Assembly (NCBI GenBank): GCA_947627765.1
Contig: CANQXA010000003.1
Coordinates: 12,713 to 76,712, forward strand
DNA from: an uncultured Clostridia bacterium
GTDB taxonomy: Bacteria; Bacillota; Clostridia; Christensenellales; Borkfalkiaceae
Direction of reading: 5' to 3'
DNA length: 64,000 bases
Shown here: positions 16,777 through 24,572 of the stretch, piece after piece
Numbering within the stretch: position 1 is the first letter of the stretch
Layout of the letters: each line of letters starts with the position of its first letter
Position numbers and translations under genes: made by a program
The notes under the pieces: model-generated
What the model saw: only the letters and a program-made list of their open reading frames with translations
The model's database searches: none
Told to the model about the DNA's origin: nothing

Positions 16777-17853
16777 TCACCGCTTCCGTCCTGAAAAGAC
16801 GTCGGTCTCGAGGATCCCCGTCGAGAGCGTCTCCTTGGACGCGGCGGGCGCGGCTTCCTCGATGAGATCGCACAAAAACGCCCTGTTTTCGGAGAGGCTT
16901 TTCCCGAAGAGATAGCAAGAGAGCGACCCCGGAACCGTGTTGAGCTCGTTGAAATACACCCGCCCCTCCGCGACGAAGAAATCCGCCCGTACGACGCCCT
17001 TCCCGCCGAACGCGCGATACAGGGTGCGCGTATAGCCGCCGATCTCTTCGGTCAGCGCTTGGGGGAGGTCGGCGGGCAGTTGGTTCGTCCGCGCCCCCAT
17101 CTCGTACTTTTCGGAAAAGGTGAGGATCTCTTCGTCGGAGAAGACCTCCTCGGGCGGGGACAGCACGATCTCCCCCTTCCTGCGGCAGACGGCGCAGTTG
17201 ATGTCTCTCCGTGCGGGAAGATAGGCTTCGAGGAGGGCGCTGTCGTCCAGACGGAAGGCGAGGCCGAGCGCGCTTTCGAGCTCCGAGGGATCTTTTGCGA
17301 CCTTGATCCCGATGCTCGAGCCGAGGTGGGCGGGCTTGACGACGACGGGGAATCCGAGCTCCTCCGCAAGACTGAGCGCCGCCTCAAAGGGCTCCCCTTC
17401 GGCGACCTTTCTCCCCTCCAAAACGGGGATCCCGAGCCCCTTTGCGGCGATCTTCGTGAGCGTTTTATCCATGAAGACCGCGGACATGGGTGCCTCGGGC
17501 GACGCCGACGGGATCCCGTGGAAGCGCAGAAGGGCGGAGAGCGTGCCGTCCTCCCCCATCCCGCCGTGACAGCAATTCAGGGCGACGTCTATGTCTGCGA
17601 GCTTGCGCCCGCGCGCAGTGCGGAGCGTCCTTCCCTCGAGGCGGACGGGACGGAATTTTGTCTTCGCGCCCTTTCTGAAATCCTCCACGCCGCGCACGTT
17701 CCCCGTCATCATCCCGCACACGGGGGAGAGGATCACGGGCACGACGCGGTAAGATGTGTTGCGTAGCAAATTGACCGCCAACATCCCCGTGATCACCGAG
17801 ATCTCGCGCTCGTTGGATTTTCCGCCGAAAAATACGGCGACTGTTTTGGGCAT
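16777..17853 (-). CDS. ddl: D-alanine--D-alanine ligase
   Basis: 358 aa. MPKTVAVFFGGKSNEREISVITG.. and an ATP-grasp region (GFPVVVKPAHLGSSIGI). SD GGAGGTG upstream. Confidence 0.9.
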   Translation of the reverse strand: MPKTVAVFFGGKSNEREISVITGMLAVNLLRNTSYRVVPVILSPVCGMMTGNVRGVEDFRKGAKTKFRPVRLEGRTLRTARGRKLADIDVALNCCHGGMGEDGTLSALLRFHGIPSASPEAPMSAVFMDKTLTKIAAKGLGIPVLEGRKVAEGEPFEAALSLAEELGFPVVVKPAHLGSSIGIKVAKDPSELESALGLAFRLDDSALLEAYLPARRDINCAVCRRKGEIVLSPPEEVFSDEEILTFSEKYEMGARTNQLPADLPQALTEEIGGYTRTLYRAFGGKGVVRADFFVAEGRVYFNELNTVPGSLSCYLFGKSLSENRAFLCDLIEEAAPAASKETLSTGILETDVFSGRKR

Positions 17854-17909
17854 AAAAAAACACCTCCGAAGAATTTTTCCTCTTTGGTGCTTCCTTTGTC
17901 CGCTATCGG

Positions 17910-19499
17910 TCAGAGATACTTATCGGGCAAATCGTTGAGGAAGAGGACGGCGTCCCCCTCGGCGAGATCGTCGGCAATGAGGCGCGCCGCCTCCTTCAAC
18001 GTGGGCACGATGCGCAGGTTCTCCTCCGCGCCGCCCGCCTCGAGATAGCCCTGCCGCACCGAGAGGATCCTCGTCACGCCGACCAAAATGACCTCGTCGA
18101 GACCCGCAAAACTCGCCCCCAACTTCGCGTTCGCCTTGCCTTCGAGCGTCCCGAGCTCCACGAGCCCCGGGGTGACCACCGCCTTCCGCCCGGGGAAGAG
18201 GCGCAGAACTTCCACCGCGTCCTCCGCTCCCGCCACGTTGGAATTGTAGGAGTCGTCGAGAATGTTCAGCCCGTTCTTTTTCAGAAGCTCCAAACGGTGC
18301 GGCACGGGGCGAAGCTCTGCCGCCGCTTCGACGATCTCTTGCATTTCCACGCCCATGAGACGGGCAAGCGCGCCCGCGAGCGCAATGTCTTCCGCCGCGT
18401 GCCTGCCGAGAAGGGATGTCTTGACGGCCGCCCGTTCCCTGCCGTAGCAAAACTCGAAAGTCGTCCCCGAAGGCGTGCAGACGATATTCTCCGCCGAAAA
18501 GTCTCTCCCCTCGGCGAGCGCGTCTTCCCGCATCGCCGCGGCAGTGCGCCCGAGCACGGCTTTGCCCGCGCCCACCCGCATCGCCAAAACCGATTTCTCC
18601 TCGAAGATCGCCCGCTCGGAGCCGAACGTTTCGAGATGTTGCGGGCAAACTCCCGTCACGATGGCGTAATCGGGGCATACCATGTCCGCAAGCTCCGTGA
18701 TGTCTCCCCGTTGACGCGCCCCCATTTCGGCGAGGAAGACGTCGCAATCCAACCCTTCCGTATTCACGCATTTCGCGATGCCGACGGGGGTATTGTAGGA
18801 GGCGGGCGTGGCGATCACGCGGTACTTTTTGCGGAGCATTTCCGCGGCGATGGTTTTGACGCTCGTCTTCCCGAAACTGCCCGTGATCCCCACTTTGACG
18901 CACGGGCTCTCCCGCAACACGCGCCGCGCGCGGCGCAGGAACCCCGCCGTGTGCGGGATCTCGTAGATCTGCATGACGGCGTTCGCCGCCGCAAGAAGGA
19001 GGGGCAGAAAGAGCGGGAGAAGGGCGAGCGGGACCGTCGTGATCAAGACCTCGCCGAGCAAAGTCCCGATGGCGTTCCCCGCGGCATGGAGCCCCGCGCC
19101 CAAGCCGAACAACGTCCCGAAGAGGAACAAGAAGAAGGCGACGGAAAGGCGGATCATCCGCGGGGTCCCGTTCAGCGGGATCTTCAACGCGTGGCGGAAG
19201 GCGTAGACAAAGAATCCGCACGCGCCCGCAAAGGCGAGGACGGCGACCGCCTCCGCAACCGCCGCGCCCGCAAAGGCGAAGGAGAGGGACAAAATGGCGG
19301 AGAGGAGCGCCGCGCAGAGCGCCAGAAGATTGTACCGCCGCTGGGTCCCGTTTCTCGGACCGTAATACCATTTCACGAGCGCACAGCCGCGGTAGCCGAA
19401 CTGCTGAAAGATCCCCATCACGGGGCGTGCGGCGAAAAAGAGCGCCGCGGAGAGAACGACGGCGTCCGCCGCGGCCAAAATCAAATCAAGGGTCGGCAT
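17910..19499 (-). CDS. murF: MurF-like UDP-MurNAc-tripeptide--D-Ala-D-Ala ligase with a polytopic N-terminal membrane domain
   Basis: Mur ligase P-loop GITGSFGKTS, ASYNTPVGIA, DDSYNSN, PGLVELG. Adjacent to ddl. The first ~210 aa form about 5-6 hydrophobic helices. Start taken at ATG 19499 (MPTLDL), overlapping the upstream stop by 14 nt. Confidence 0.8.
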   Translation of the reverse strand: MPTLDLILAAADAVVLSAALFFAARPVMGIFQQFGYRGCALVKWYYGPRNGTQRRYNLLALCAALLSAILSLSFAFAGAAVAEAVAVLAFAGACGFFVYAFRHALKIPLNGTPRMIRLSVAFFLFLFGTLFGLGAGLHAAGNAIGTLLGEVLITTVPLALLPLFLPLLLAAANAVMQIYEIPHTAGFLRRARRVLRESPCVKVGITGSFGKTSVKTIAAEMLRKKYRVIATPASYNTPVGIAKCVNTEGLDCDVFLAEMGARQRGDITELADMVCPDYAIVTGVCPQHLETFGSERAIFEEKSVLAMRVGAGKAVLGRTAAAMREDALAEGRDFSAENIVCTPSGTTFEFCYGRERAAVKTSLLGRHAAEDIALAGALARLMGVEMQEIVEAAAELRPVPHRLELLKKNGLNILDDSYNSNVAGAEDAVEVLRLFPGRKAVVTPGLVELGTLEGKANAKLGASFAGLDEVILVGVTRILSVRQGYLEAGGAEENLRIVPTLKEAARLIADDLAEGDAVLFLNDLPDKYL

Positions 19500-20193
19500 G
19501 GTAAAAATCCTCCACCGCAAGCCGGAAGGCAAGCGAATTATCGAGATAGGCGAAATGTCCGCACCCCTCGAGCACCGAGAGACGGGAATCCTTCGCCGCG
19601 TCGTGCAACAGACGGACGGAGGAGAGGGGGGTCTCCCTGTCCTCACTGCCGTTGAGAAAGAGCAGCGGGCGGGTAATTTTGGCGGCGTCCGCCCTCAGGT
19701 CCTCCGAGACGATCTTCTTGAAGCTCTCTTTCATGACGGGGGAGAGCCCGCGGTAGTCGCGGCTCCCGAAATGACGTTCGGCAAATGCGGGCGCCACGGC
19801 GCGGACGGCGCGGTACGTTTTCACTTTGAGACGATAGACGGCCCCCCGCTTGGGGACGATTCCCGCACAGCCCGTGAGTACGGTGCGGTCGAAGATCTCC
19901 CCGCGGGAGAGAAGTTTTATGGCGACCCGTCCTCCGAAAGAGTGCGCGATGACGTTGGGGAATACGATCCCCCGCTCGGCGAGAAAACGCTCCGTCCAAT
20001 CGGCGTAATCGGAGACGGAATAGGATTCCGTGAGCGCATCCGAGGCACCCATGCCCGGGAAGTCGGGTACAGTAACGCGGTAAAAGCGGGAAAAATAGTC
20101 GATCAGCGGGTAGAAACTCTCCTTCGAGGCGAGGTAGCCGTGAAGCATCACAAGATCCTTCCCCTCCCCCCTTTGCAGAAAGGAACAGTTCAA
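19486..20193 (-). CDS. Alpha/beta-fold hydrolase
   Basis: HGYLASKESF.., nucleophile elbow AHSFGG, C-terminal GCGHFAY. Start proposed at TTG 20193 (SD AAAGGAG 5 nt upstream), overlapping the rimI stop as TTGA. The start is uncertain. Confidence 0.7.
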   Translation of the reverse strand: MNCSFLQRGEGKDLVMLHGYLASKESFYPLIDYFSRFYRVTVPDFPGMGASDALTESYSVSDYADWTERFLAERGIVFPNVIAHSFGGRVAIKLLSRGEIFDRTVLTGCAGIVPKRGAVYRLKVKTYRAVRAVAPAFAERHFGSRDYRGLSPVMKESFKKIVSEDLRADAAKITRPLLFLNGSEDRETPLSSVRLLHDAAKDSRLSVLEGCGHFAYLDNSLAFRLAVEDFYHADP

Positions 20194-20624
20194 TCCAACT
20201 CCTTTGCCATGACGATGGCGTCCTCCCCGTCGGGATAGTAACGGGTCCTGCAATAGAGCCCGCGGAAGCCGCATTTGAGATAGAGGATCTGCGCGCTTGC
20301 GTTGGAGACGCGCACCTCCAAATACGCTCTCCGCGCTCCCAGCCCCACCGCGATCTCCAAGAGGTCATCCATGATCTTTCTGCCCCGTCCGCAACGGCGG
20401 AACATCTCGCTCACGGCGACCAGCTGGATCTCGGCCTCTTCGAAGAGCACGCTCACGCCGCCGTAAGCGACAATCGCCCCCTCTTCTTCGAGCAGTACGC
20501 CGTGAAAGCGTTCCGACAAAAAACTCTCGGCGAGCATACGGCGGTTCCACGGGTCGGAAAAGCACTCCTTCTCGAGCGCGGCGATCCCGTCGAGATCGCC
20601 CATCGTCCAAGTTCTTCCGTTCAT
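20190..20624 (-). CDS. rimI: Ribosomal-protein-alanine N-acetyltransferase (GNAT)
   Basis: 144 aa from ATG 20624. GNAT acetyl-CoA motif QLVAVSEMFRRCGRGRKIM. Position after tsaB is the classical tsaE-tsaB-rimI order. Confidence 0.8.
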   Translation of the reverse strand: MNGRTWTMGDLDGIAALEKECFSDPWNRRMLAESFLSERFHGVLLEEEGAIVAYGGVSVLFEEAEIQLVAVSEMFRRCGRGRKIMDDLLEIAVGLGARRAYLEVRVSNASAQILYLKCGFRGLYCRTRYYPDGEDAIVMAKELD

Positions 20625-21208
20625 CTCCCCTCCTCCGCCGAAGATCTTCTCAGGTATACGGCGGCAAGCCCGCCCGTCTGCGCCGCGTGCCCGTCGCAAT
20701 AGCGCGCCAATCCGCGCGCGGGATCGACGTATTCGACGCCGCCGAGCGGGACCTCTTCCCCCGCGAGAAGACGCGCCCCCGCCTCCTTTGCCCGTAAGAC
20801 AACTTCCTCCGCCCGATAAAACCCTTGGGGAAGGCTGAAGCCGAAGCCCTCCGCATAGACATTGCCGTGCCCCGCGTCTACGAGCGCGGCGCGGCACCCT
20901 TCTTCAGCATATGCGATCGCACGGAGCGAGGTGACGCCGAGCGTGGGCTTGCCGAGCGCAAACGCGAGCCCCTTGACCGTGGAGATCCCGATGCGGATGC
21001 CCGTAAAAGACCCCGGACCGACCGCGCAGGCAAAAAAATCGCAGTCCTCTAACGCGAGCCCTGCCTCTTTCAGCGCGCCGTCGATCTCGGGAAGCAGACA
21101 GACCGAGTGCTGCATGGCGCAGTCCACCGTTTTGGTGACTACCATGTCCGCATGACGGACGGCGATATTCAATTTTTTCGAACTCGTGTCGATCGCAAGA
21201 TAATTCAA
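20621..21208 (-). CDS. tsaB: tRNA t6A37 biosynthesis protein TsaB
   Basis: LNYLAIDTSSKKLNIAV.. GPGSFTGIRIGISTVKGLA. Start proposed at TTG 21208, overlapping the tsaE stop as TTGA. Confidence 0.8.
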   Translation of the reverse strand: MNYLAIDTSSKKLNIAVRHADMVVTKTVDCAMQHSVCLLPEIDGALKEAGLALEDCDFFACAVGPGSFTGIRIGISTVKGLAFALGKPTLGVTSLRAIAYAEEGCRAALVDAGHGNVYAEGFGFSLPQGFYRAEEVVLRAKEAGARLLAGEEVPLGGVEYVDPARGLARYCDGHAAQTGGLAAVYLRRSSAEEGR

Positions 21209-21603
21209 GATCTGATCTCCCTTGTCTCGCCGCTGCCCGAAATTTTCACGGTTTTGACCCGCTCGGGAAGAAGCCCGGCGATATTTTTCCCCCATTCCAC
21301 GAGGCAGATCCCCCCGCGGCAGAAATAATCGGCGAGCCCGAGCCCATAGGCTTGCGCCTCGGAAGCGACGCGGTAGCAATCGAAGTGGAAGATCCTCCCG
21401 CCGTACTCGTTGACATAGGCATATGTGGGGCTCGTGACCTCATCGGGGATACCCATGCCCGCGACAATGCCCTTCGCAAGCACGGTTTTGCCCGCGCCCA
21501 TCTCCCCTTCGAGCAGGACGACGTCCCCGGGGGAAAGCGTCTTGGCATAGGCTTTCGCCCATTCGATTGTCTCATCCGCCGAGCGGGAATAAAAAACAGC
21601 CAT
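21205..21603 (-). CDS. tsaE: tRNA t6A37 biosynthesis ATPase TsaE
   Basis: Walker A LEGEMGAGKT, SPTYAYVNEY, FHFDCYR. Start taken at ATG 21603 (MAVFYSRS); the alternative ATG 21624 falls inside the predicted promoter. Confidence 0.85.
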   Translation of the reverse strand: MAVFYSRSADETIEWAKAYAKTLSPGDVVLLEGEMGAGKTVLAKGIVAGMGIPDEVTSPTYAYVNEYGGRIFHFDCYRVASEAQAYGLGLADYFCRGGICLVEWGKNIAGLLPERVKTVKISGSGETREIRS

Positions 21604-21612
21604 AGCGGTTCT

Positions 21613-21641
21613 ATTATACCGCATACGGCTGTTTTTGGCAA
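21613..21641 (-). promoter_or_regulatory. Candidate sigma-A promoter of the tsaE operon (near-leaderless)
   Basis: Minus strand: TTGCCA (21641-21636), 17 nt, TATAAT (21618-21613). ATG 21603 is 9 nt after the -10 with no SD. Confidence 0.45.
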
Positions 21642-21678
21642 GACTTTTTTATGGGCTCGGCAAAATTCGGCGGCGCCG

Positions 21679-23358
21679 TCACATCAGGATCCCGATGGAG
21701 AGCCCGCAGAAGATCATGAGGGAAACGGCGTCTACGATCGTCGTGATGAAGGGCGACGCAACGGCGGCGGGATCGAGTTTGCACTTTTTCACGAACAGGG
21801 GCAGAAGACATCCGACCACCTTCGCCACCACGACCGTACAGAAGAGCGCCAGCGAGACGACGGCGCACTTATCCGCCGTATACGCCCTGTTCTGGGACAT
21901 GAACGTCCCGAACAGGAGATTGTCGATGAGCATCAATTTCGCGAAGCAGGCAACGGCGAGGGTCAGCCCCAAGAGGAGGGCGGCGCGGAATTCCTTCCAC
22001 AGCACCCGCTTGGTATCTTTGGTCGTCAGTTCGCCGAGCGCGAGGGAGCGGATCACGGTGACGGACGCCTGCGAGCCCGAGTTCCCGCCCGTATCCATGA
22101 GCATGGGGATGCAGGCGAAGAGCACGGGACTGATGAGGTTGAGCCGCGCTTCGAAGATGTTGACGATGAGCCCCGTAAAGGTCGCCGAAACCATGAGAAT
22201 GAGCAGCCACGGCACGCGGTTCTTCCAAATGGAGAACACGCTCGTTTTGAGATAGGGCTTGTTCTCGTGCACGATACCGACCATGTGCTCGAGGTCCTCG
22301 GTGTTCTCTTCCTCGATGACGTCCATTGCGTCGTCAACGGTGACGATCCCGACCAGCCTCTTCTCGCGGTCTACGACGGGGATCGCAAGGAAGCCGTAAT
22401 CGGAGATCTTCCGCGCGACGTCCTCCCTGTCGTCGAGGGTGTAGGAGTAGATGACGTTGTCCTCCATGATGTCCGAAATGAGGGCGCTCGGGGAGGCGAG
22501 CATCAGGTCCTTCGCGGTGACCAACCCGATGAGCTCGTTCTTCGTGTTCGTGACGTAGCAGGTGTAGATCGTCTCCTTGTCGATCGCCTGCGCGCGGATG
22601 CGTTCGAACGCCTCAGCCACGGACATGGTAGGCAGGAAACGCACGAACTCGATGGTCATAATGCTTCCCGCGCTGTCCTTCGGGTACTTCAGGATCTCGT
22701 TGATGAAGGCGCGCGTCTCGCTGTCGCTCTGGGAGAGAAGGCGCTTGACCACGCTCGACGGCATCTCCTCGATGAGGTCGACCGTATCGTCGAGGAAGAG
22801 TTCGTCCATGACGTCCTTGATCTCGCGGTCGGTCAGCTTTTGCAGGAGCTTTTGCTGGGTGTCGCTGTCGATCTCGACGAACATCTGCGCCGCAAGATCT
22901 TTGGGCAGAATGCGGAAGAGCACGGGGAGCTCCTCCTCCTTCGCGCTCTCGAAGACCTCGGCGAGGTCGATCTCGTTCATGGAGGAAAGGAGGGGCTTCA
23001 AGACGGAGAACTTCCGCTCTTTTAAGAGGGCAAGGATCTCGTCTTCCTCCGCAATCCTGCGGGCGACCTCTTCGGGCATCTCCTCGATGATGTCGGCGGT
23101 GTCGTCGACCGAGACGTCCTCCATGACCTCCTGCAATTCGTCGTCCCTGAGACCTGCAAGGATGGTCTGTTGGAGCGGGGCGTCCAAAAGGACCAAGACG
23201 TCCGCCAAAAATTCGCTTTCAAGCGCACGGCAGAAGGGGAGGACGTCCTCCTCCGCCATCTCCGATAAAAGAAGCGCCGCTTCGTCGGGCTTTTTGACCG
23301 ACGCCGCAGCGCGTTCGTAATCCTTTTCCGAAAGGAACGTTCTGATTTCTTCCGTCAT
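21679..23358 (-). CDS. mgtE: Magnesium transporter MgtE with a duplicated N-terminal (MgtE_N) region
   Basis: CBS pair plus TM domain with MDTGGNSGSQASV. Two consecutive helical repeats with the DD(T)(A/V)D(I/L)IEEMP motif. Start at ATG 23358, 8 nt after GGAGG. Confidence 0.9.
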   Translation of the reverse strand: MTEEIRTFLSEKDYERAAASVKKPDEAALLLSEMAEEDVLPFCRALESEFLADVLVLLDAPLQQTILAGLRDDELQEVMEDVSVDDTADIIEEMPEEVARRIAEEDEILALLKERKFSVLKPLLSSMNEIDLAEVFESAKEEELPVLFRILPKDLAAQMFVEIDSDTQQKLLQKLTDREIKDVMDELFLDDTVDLIEEMPSSVVKRLLSQSDSETRAFINEILKYPKDSAGSIMTIEFVRFLPTMSVAEAFERIRAQAIDKETIYTCYVTNTKNELIGLVTAKDLMLASPSALISDIMEDNVIYSYTLDDREDVARKISDYGFLAIPVVDREKRLVGIVTVDDAMDVIEEENTEDLEHMVGIVHENKPYLKTSVFSIWKNRVPWLLILMVSATFTGLIVNIFEARLNLISPVLFACIPMLMDTGGNSGSQASVTVIRSLALGELTTKDTKRVLWKEFRAALLLGLTLAVACFAKLMLIDNLLFGTFMSQNRAYTADKCAVVSLALFCTVVVAKVVGCLLPLFVKKCKLDPAAVASPFITTIVDAVSLMIFCGLSIGILM

Positions 23359-23516
23359 TCGTCTCACCTCCGCGCAAAATGAAATTTACGGCGCAAACGG
23401 AGAGGGACGAAGGGAATTATTCCGCGGAGTTTGCCGCGAAGACCCGTCGTCCGTTCCGTATGTCTGCGTTCGTACTTCGTCCTTTCACGGCATTCTCCTC
23501 CCGTACTATTTTCTAT

Positions 23517-23545
23517 ATCATACTCCATTCCGCGGAAAAAGTCAA
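23517..23545 (-). promoter_or_regulatory. Candidate sigma-A promoter of mgtE
   Basis: Minus strand: TTGACT (23545-23540), 17 nt, TATGAT (23522-23517). Gives a ~150-nt 5' leader. Confidence 0.5.
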
Positions 23546-23608
23546 CTGTTTGCGCGGCAAATTCCCGCGCGGCGCGCCCGCTTTTTTTCGCAAAAATTTC
23601 GAAGAGAG

Positions 23609-24274
23609 TTACGTCTTCGGATGCGCCTCTTCCGCCGTTTTTGAAGGCTCTTCCTCGGACATGGGTGCCTCCGACGCGGCGACGCTCCGTTTACTCTTCC
23701 TATGCACGCGCTCGGAGGTAAGGCGTATGACGCGCGAGAGCGGCTTGTAGATCAAAAAGACGATGAGGGAGACCGCGACGCTCTTTACGGCGTTGAACGC
23801 GAGGACGAAATGCCATGCGCCCGCAAACGCCGCGCCCGCCGCTCCCCCCATGAAGAAGGGAAAGTTGATGTAGCGGTTGACGGGCAGGCTCACGGAAATT
23901 TGGAGGATACACGCTAAGAGCAGGTACAACGAGACCCACCACCTGCCCTTTTTGAAGCGGTAGACGACGGCGGGCAGGATGACGTACGCCGCCGACATCA
24001 GGAAGTTGGCGAGTTCCCCCACCCCGCCCGACGACGTCTTGGCGAGGCATAAAAGTTCCTTCGCGCCCACCGAGACGATCGCCTCAACGGGCCCGAAAAT
24101 GAAACCTTCGATCATGAAAAAGACGTTGGCGAAGTCGAGCTTCAAATAGGGAGCGGCGGGAAAGATGGGAAATTCGAGGAAGGTGACAACGAACGCGAGC
24201 GCCGTAAAGAGCGCCATGTACGCGATGTTGACGGGCGCGAAATGCGCCTTCAAAACTGAACGGACCGACTTCAT
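23609..24274 (-). CDS. ribU: ECF-transporter S component, riboflavin-specific (RibU-like)
   Basis: 221 aa from ATG 24274 (MKSVRSVLKAHF..). Multi-TM ECF S-component-like sequence. Sits directly downstream of an FMN riboswitch. Confidence 0.8.
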   Translation of the reverse strand: MKSVRSVLKAHFAPVNIAYMALFTALAFVVTFLEFPIFPAAPYLKLDFANVFFMIEGFIFGPVEAIVSVGAKELLCLAKTSSGGVGELANFLMSAAYVILPAVVYRFKKGRWWVSLYLLLACILQISVSLPVNRYINFPFFMGGAAGAAFAGAWHFVLAFNAVKSVAVSLIVFLIYKPLSRVIRLTSERVHRKSKRSVAASEAPMSEEEPSKTAEEAHPKT

Positions 24275-24314
24275 AAAGAACACCTCAAAAAAGTTTTTTC
24301 GGATATTCTTTGAC

Positions 24315-24349
24315 AAAAAACGAGCGCCCCATGTCTGAGACAGGGGCGC
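24315..24349 (-). terminator. Intrinsic terminator forming the FMN riboswitch expression platform
   Basis: Minus strand: GCGCCCC-tgtctcagacat-GGGGCGC followed by TCGTTTTTT. Lies between the aptamer and the ribU start. Confidence 0.7.
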
Positions 24350-24354
24350 GCAAA

Positions 24355-24472
24355 AACATCTTTCTTTTCTCATCCGGACTATACCGTCGGTACGGGAATT
24401 TCACCCGTTCGGGAGCCAAAGCTCTTAGCAGACTATACTGCCGGTGGAGAATTTCACTCCGCCCCAAAGAAT
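24355..24472 (-). promoter_or_regulatory. FMN riboswitch (RFN element)
   Basis: Minus strand: UUCUUUGGGGCGGAGUGAAAUUCUCCACCGGCAGUAUAGUCUGCUAAGAGC..CGGGUGAAAUUCCCGUACCGACGGUAUAGUCCGGAUGAGAAAAGAAAG. Matches the remembered RFN consensus (GGGGCAGGGUGAAAUUCCC.ACCGGCGGUA ... GCCGACAGU.AAGUCUGGAUG.GAGAAG). Confidence 0.85.
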
Positions 24473-24487
24473 ATTCGATCGTGGGAT

Positions 24488-24516
24488 ATTATAATACGGC
24501 GGGACGGGTTTGTCAA
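24488..24516 (-). promoter_or_regulatory. Consensus sigma-A promoter driving FMN riboswitch-ribU
   Basis: Minus strand: TTGACA (24516-24511), 17 nt, TATAAT (24493-24488). Confidence 0.6.
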
Positions 24517-24572
24517 GCGTCGGAAGGATTTTTTTTGATTTACTTACGCCCGCTTCATTTACAGCCGCCCCA

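Noticed and set aside
19500-19646. Longer MurF start (track ORF begins at 19646, MRTGRPPSPP..)
   Set aside because: The extension lies inside the upstream hydrolase coding region and is Arg/Pro/Ser-rich. ATG 19499 begins the first hydrophobic helix and gives a typical short overlap with the upstream stop.
23359-23510. M-box (Mg2+) riboswitch upstream of mgtE
   Set aside because: The position and length fit, but I could not find the conserved M-box blocks I remember. I report it as an unclassified structured leader instead. It needs a covariance-model search.
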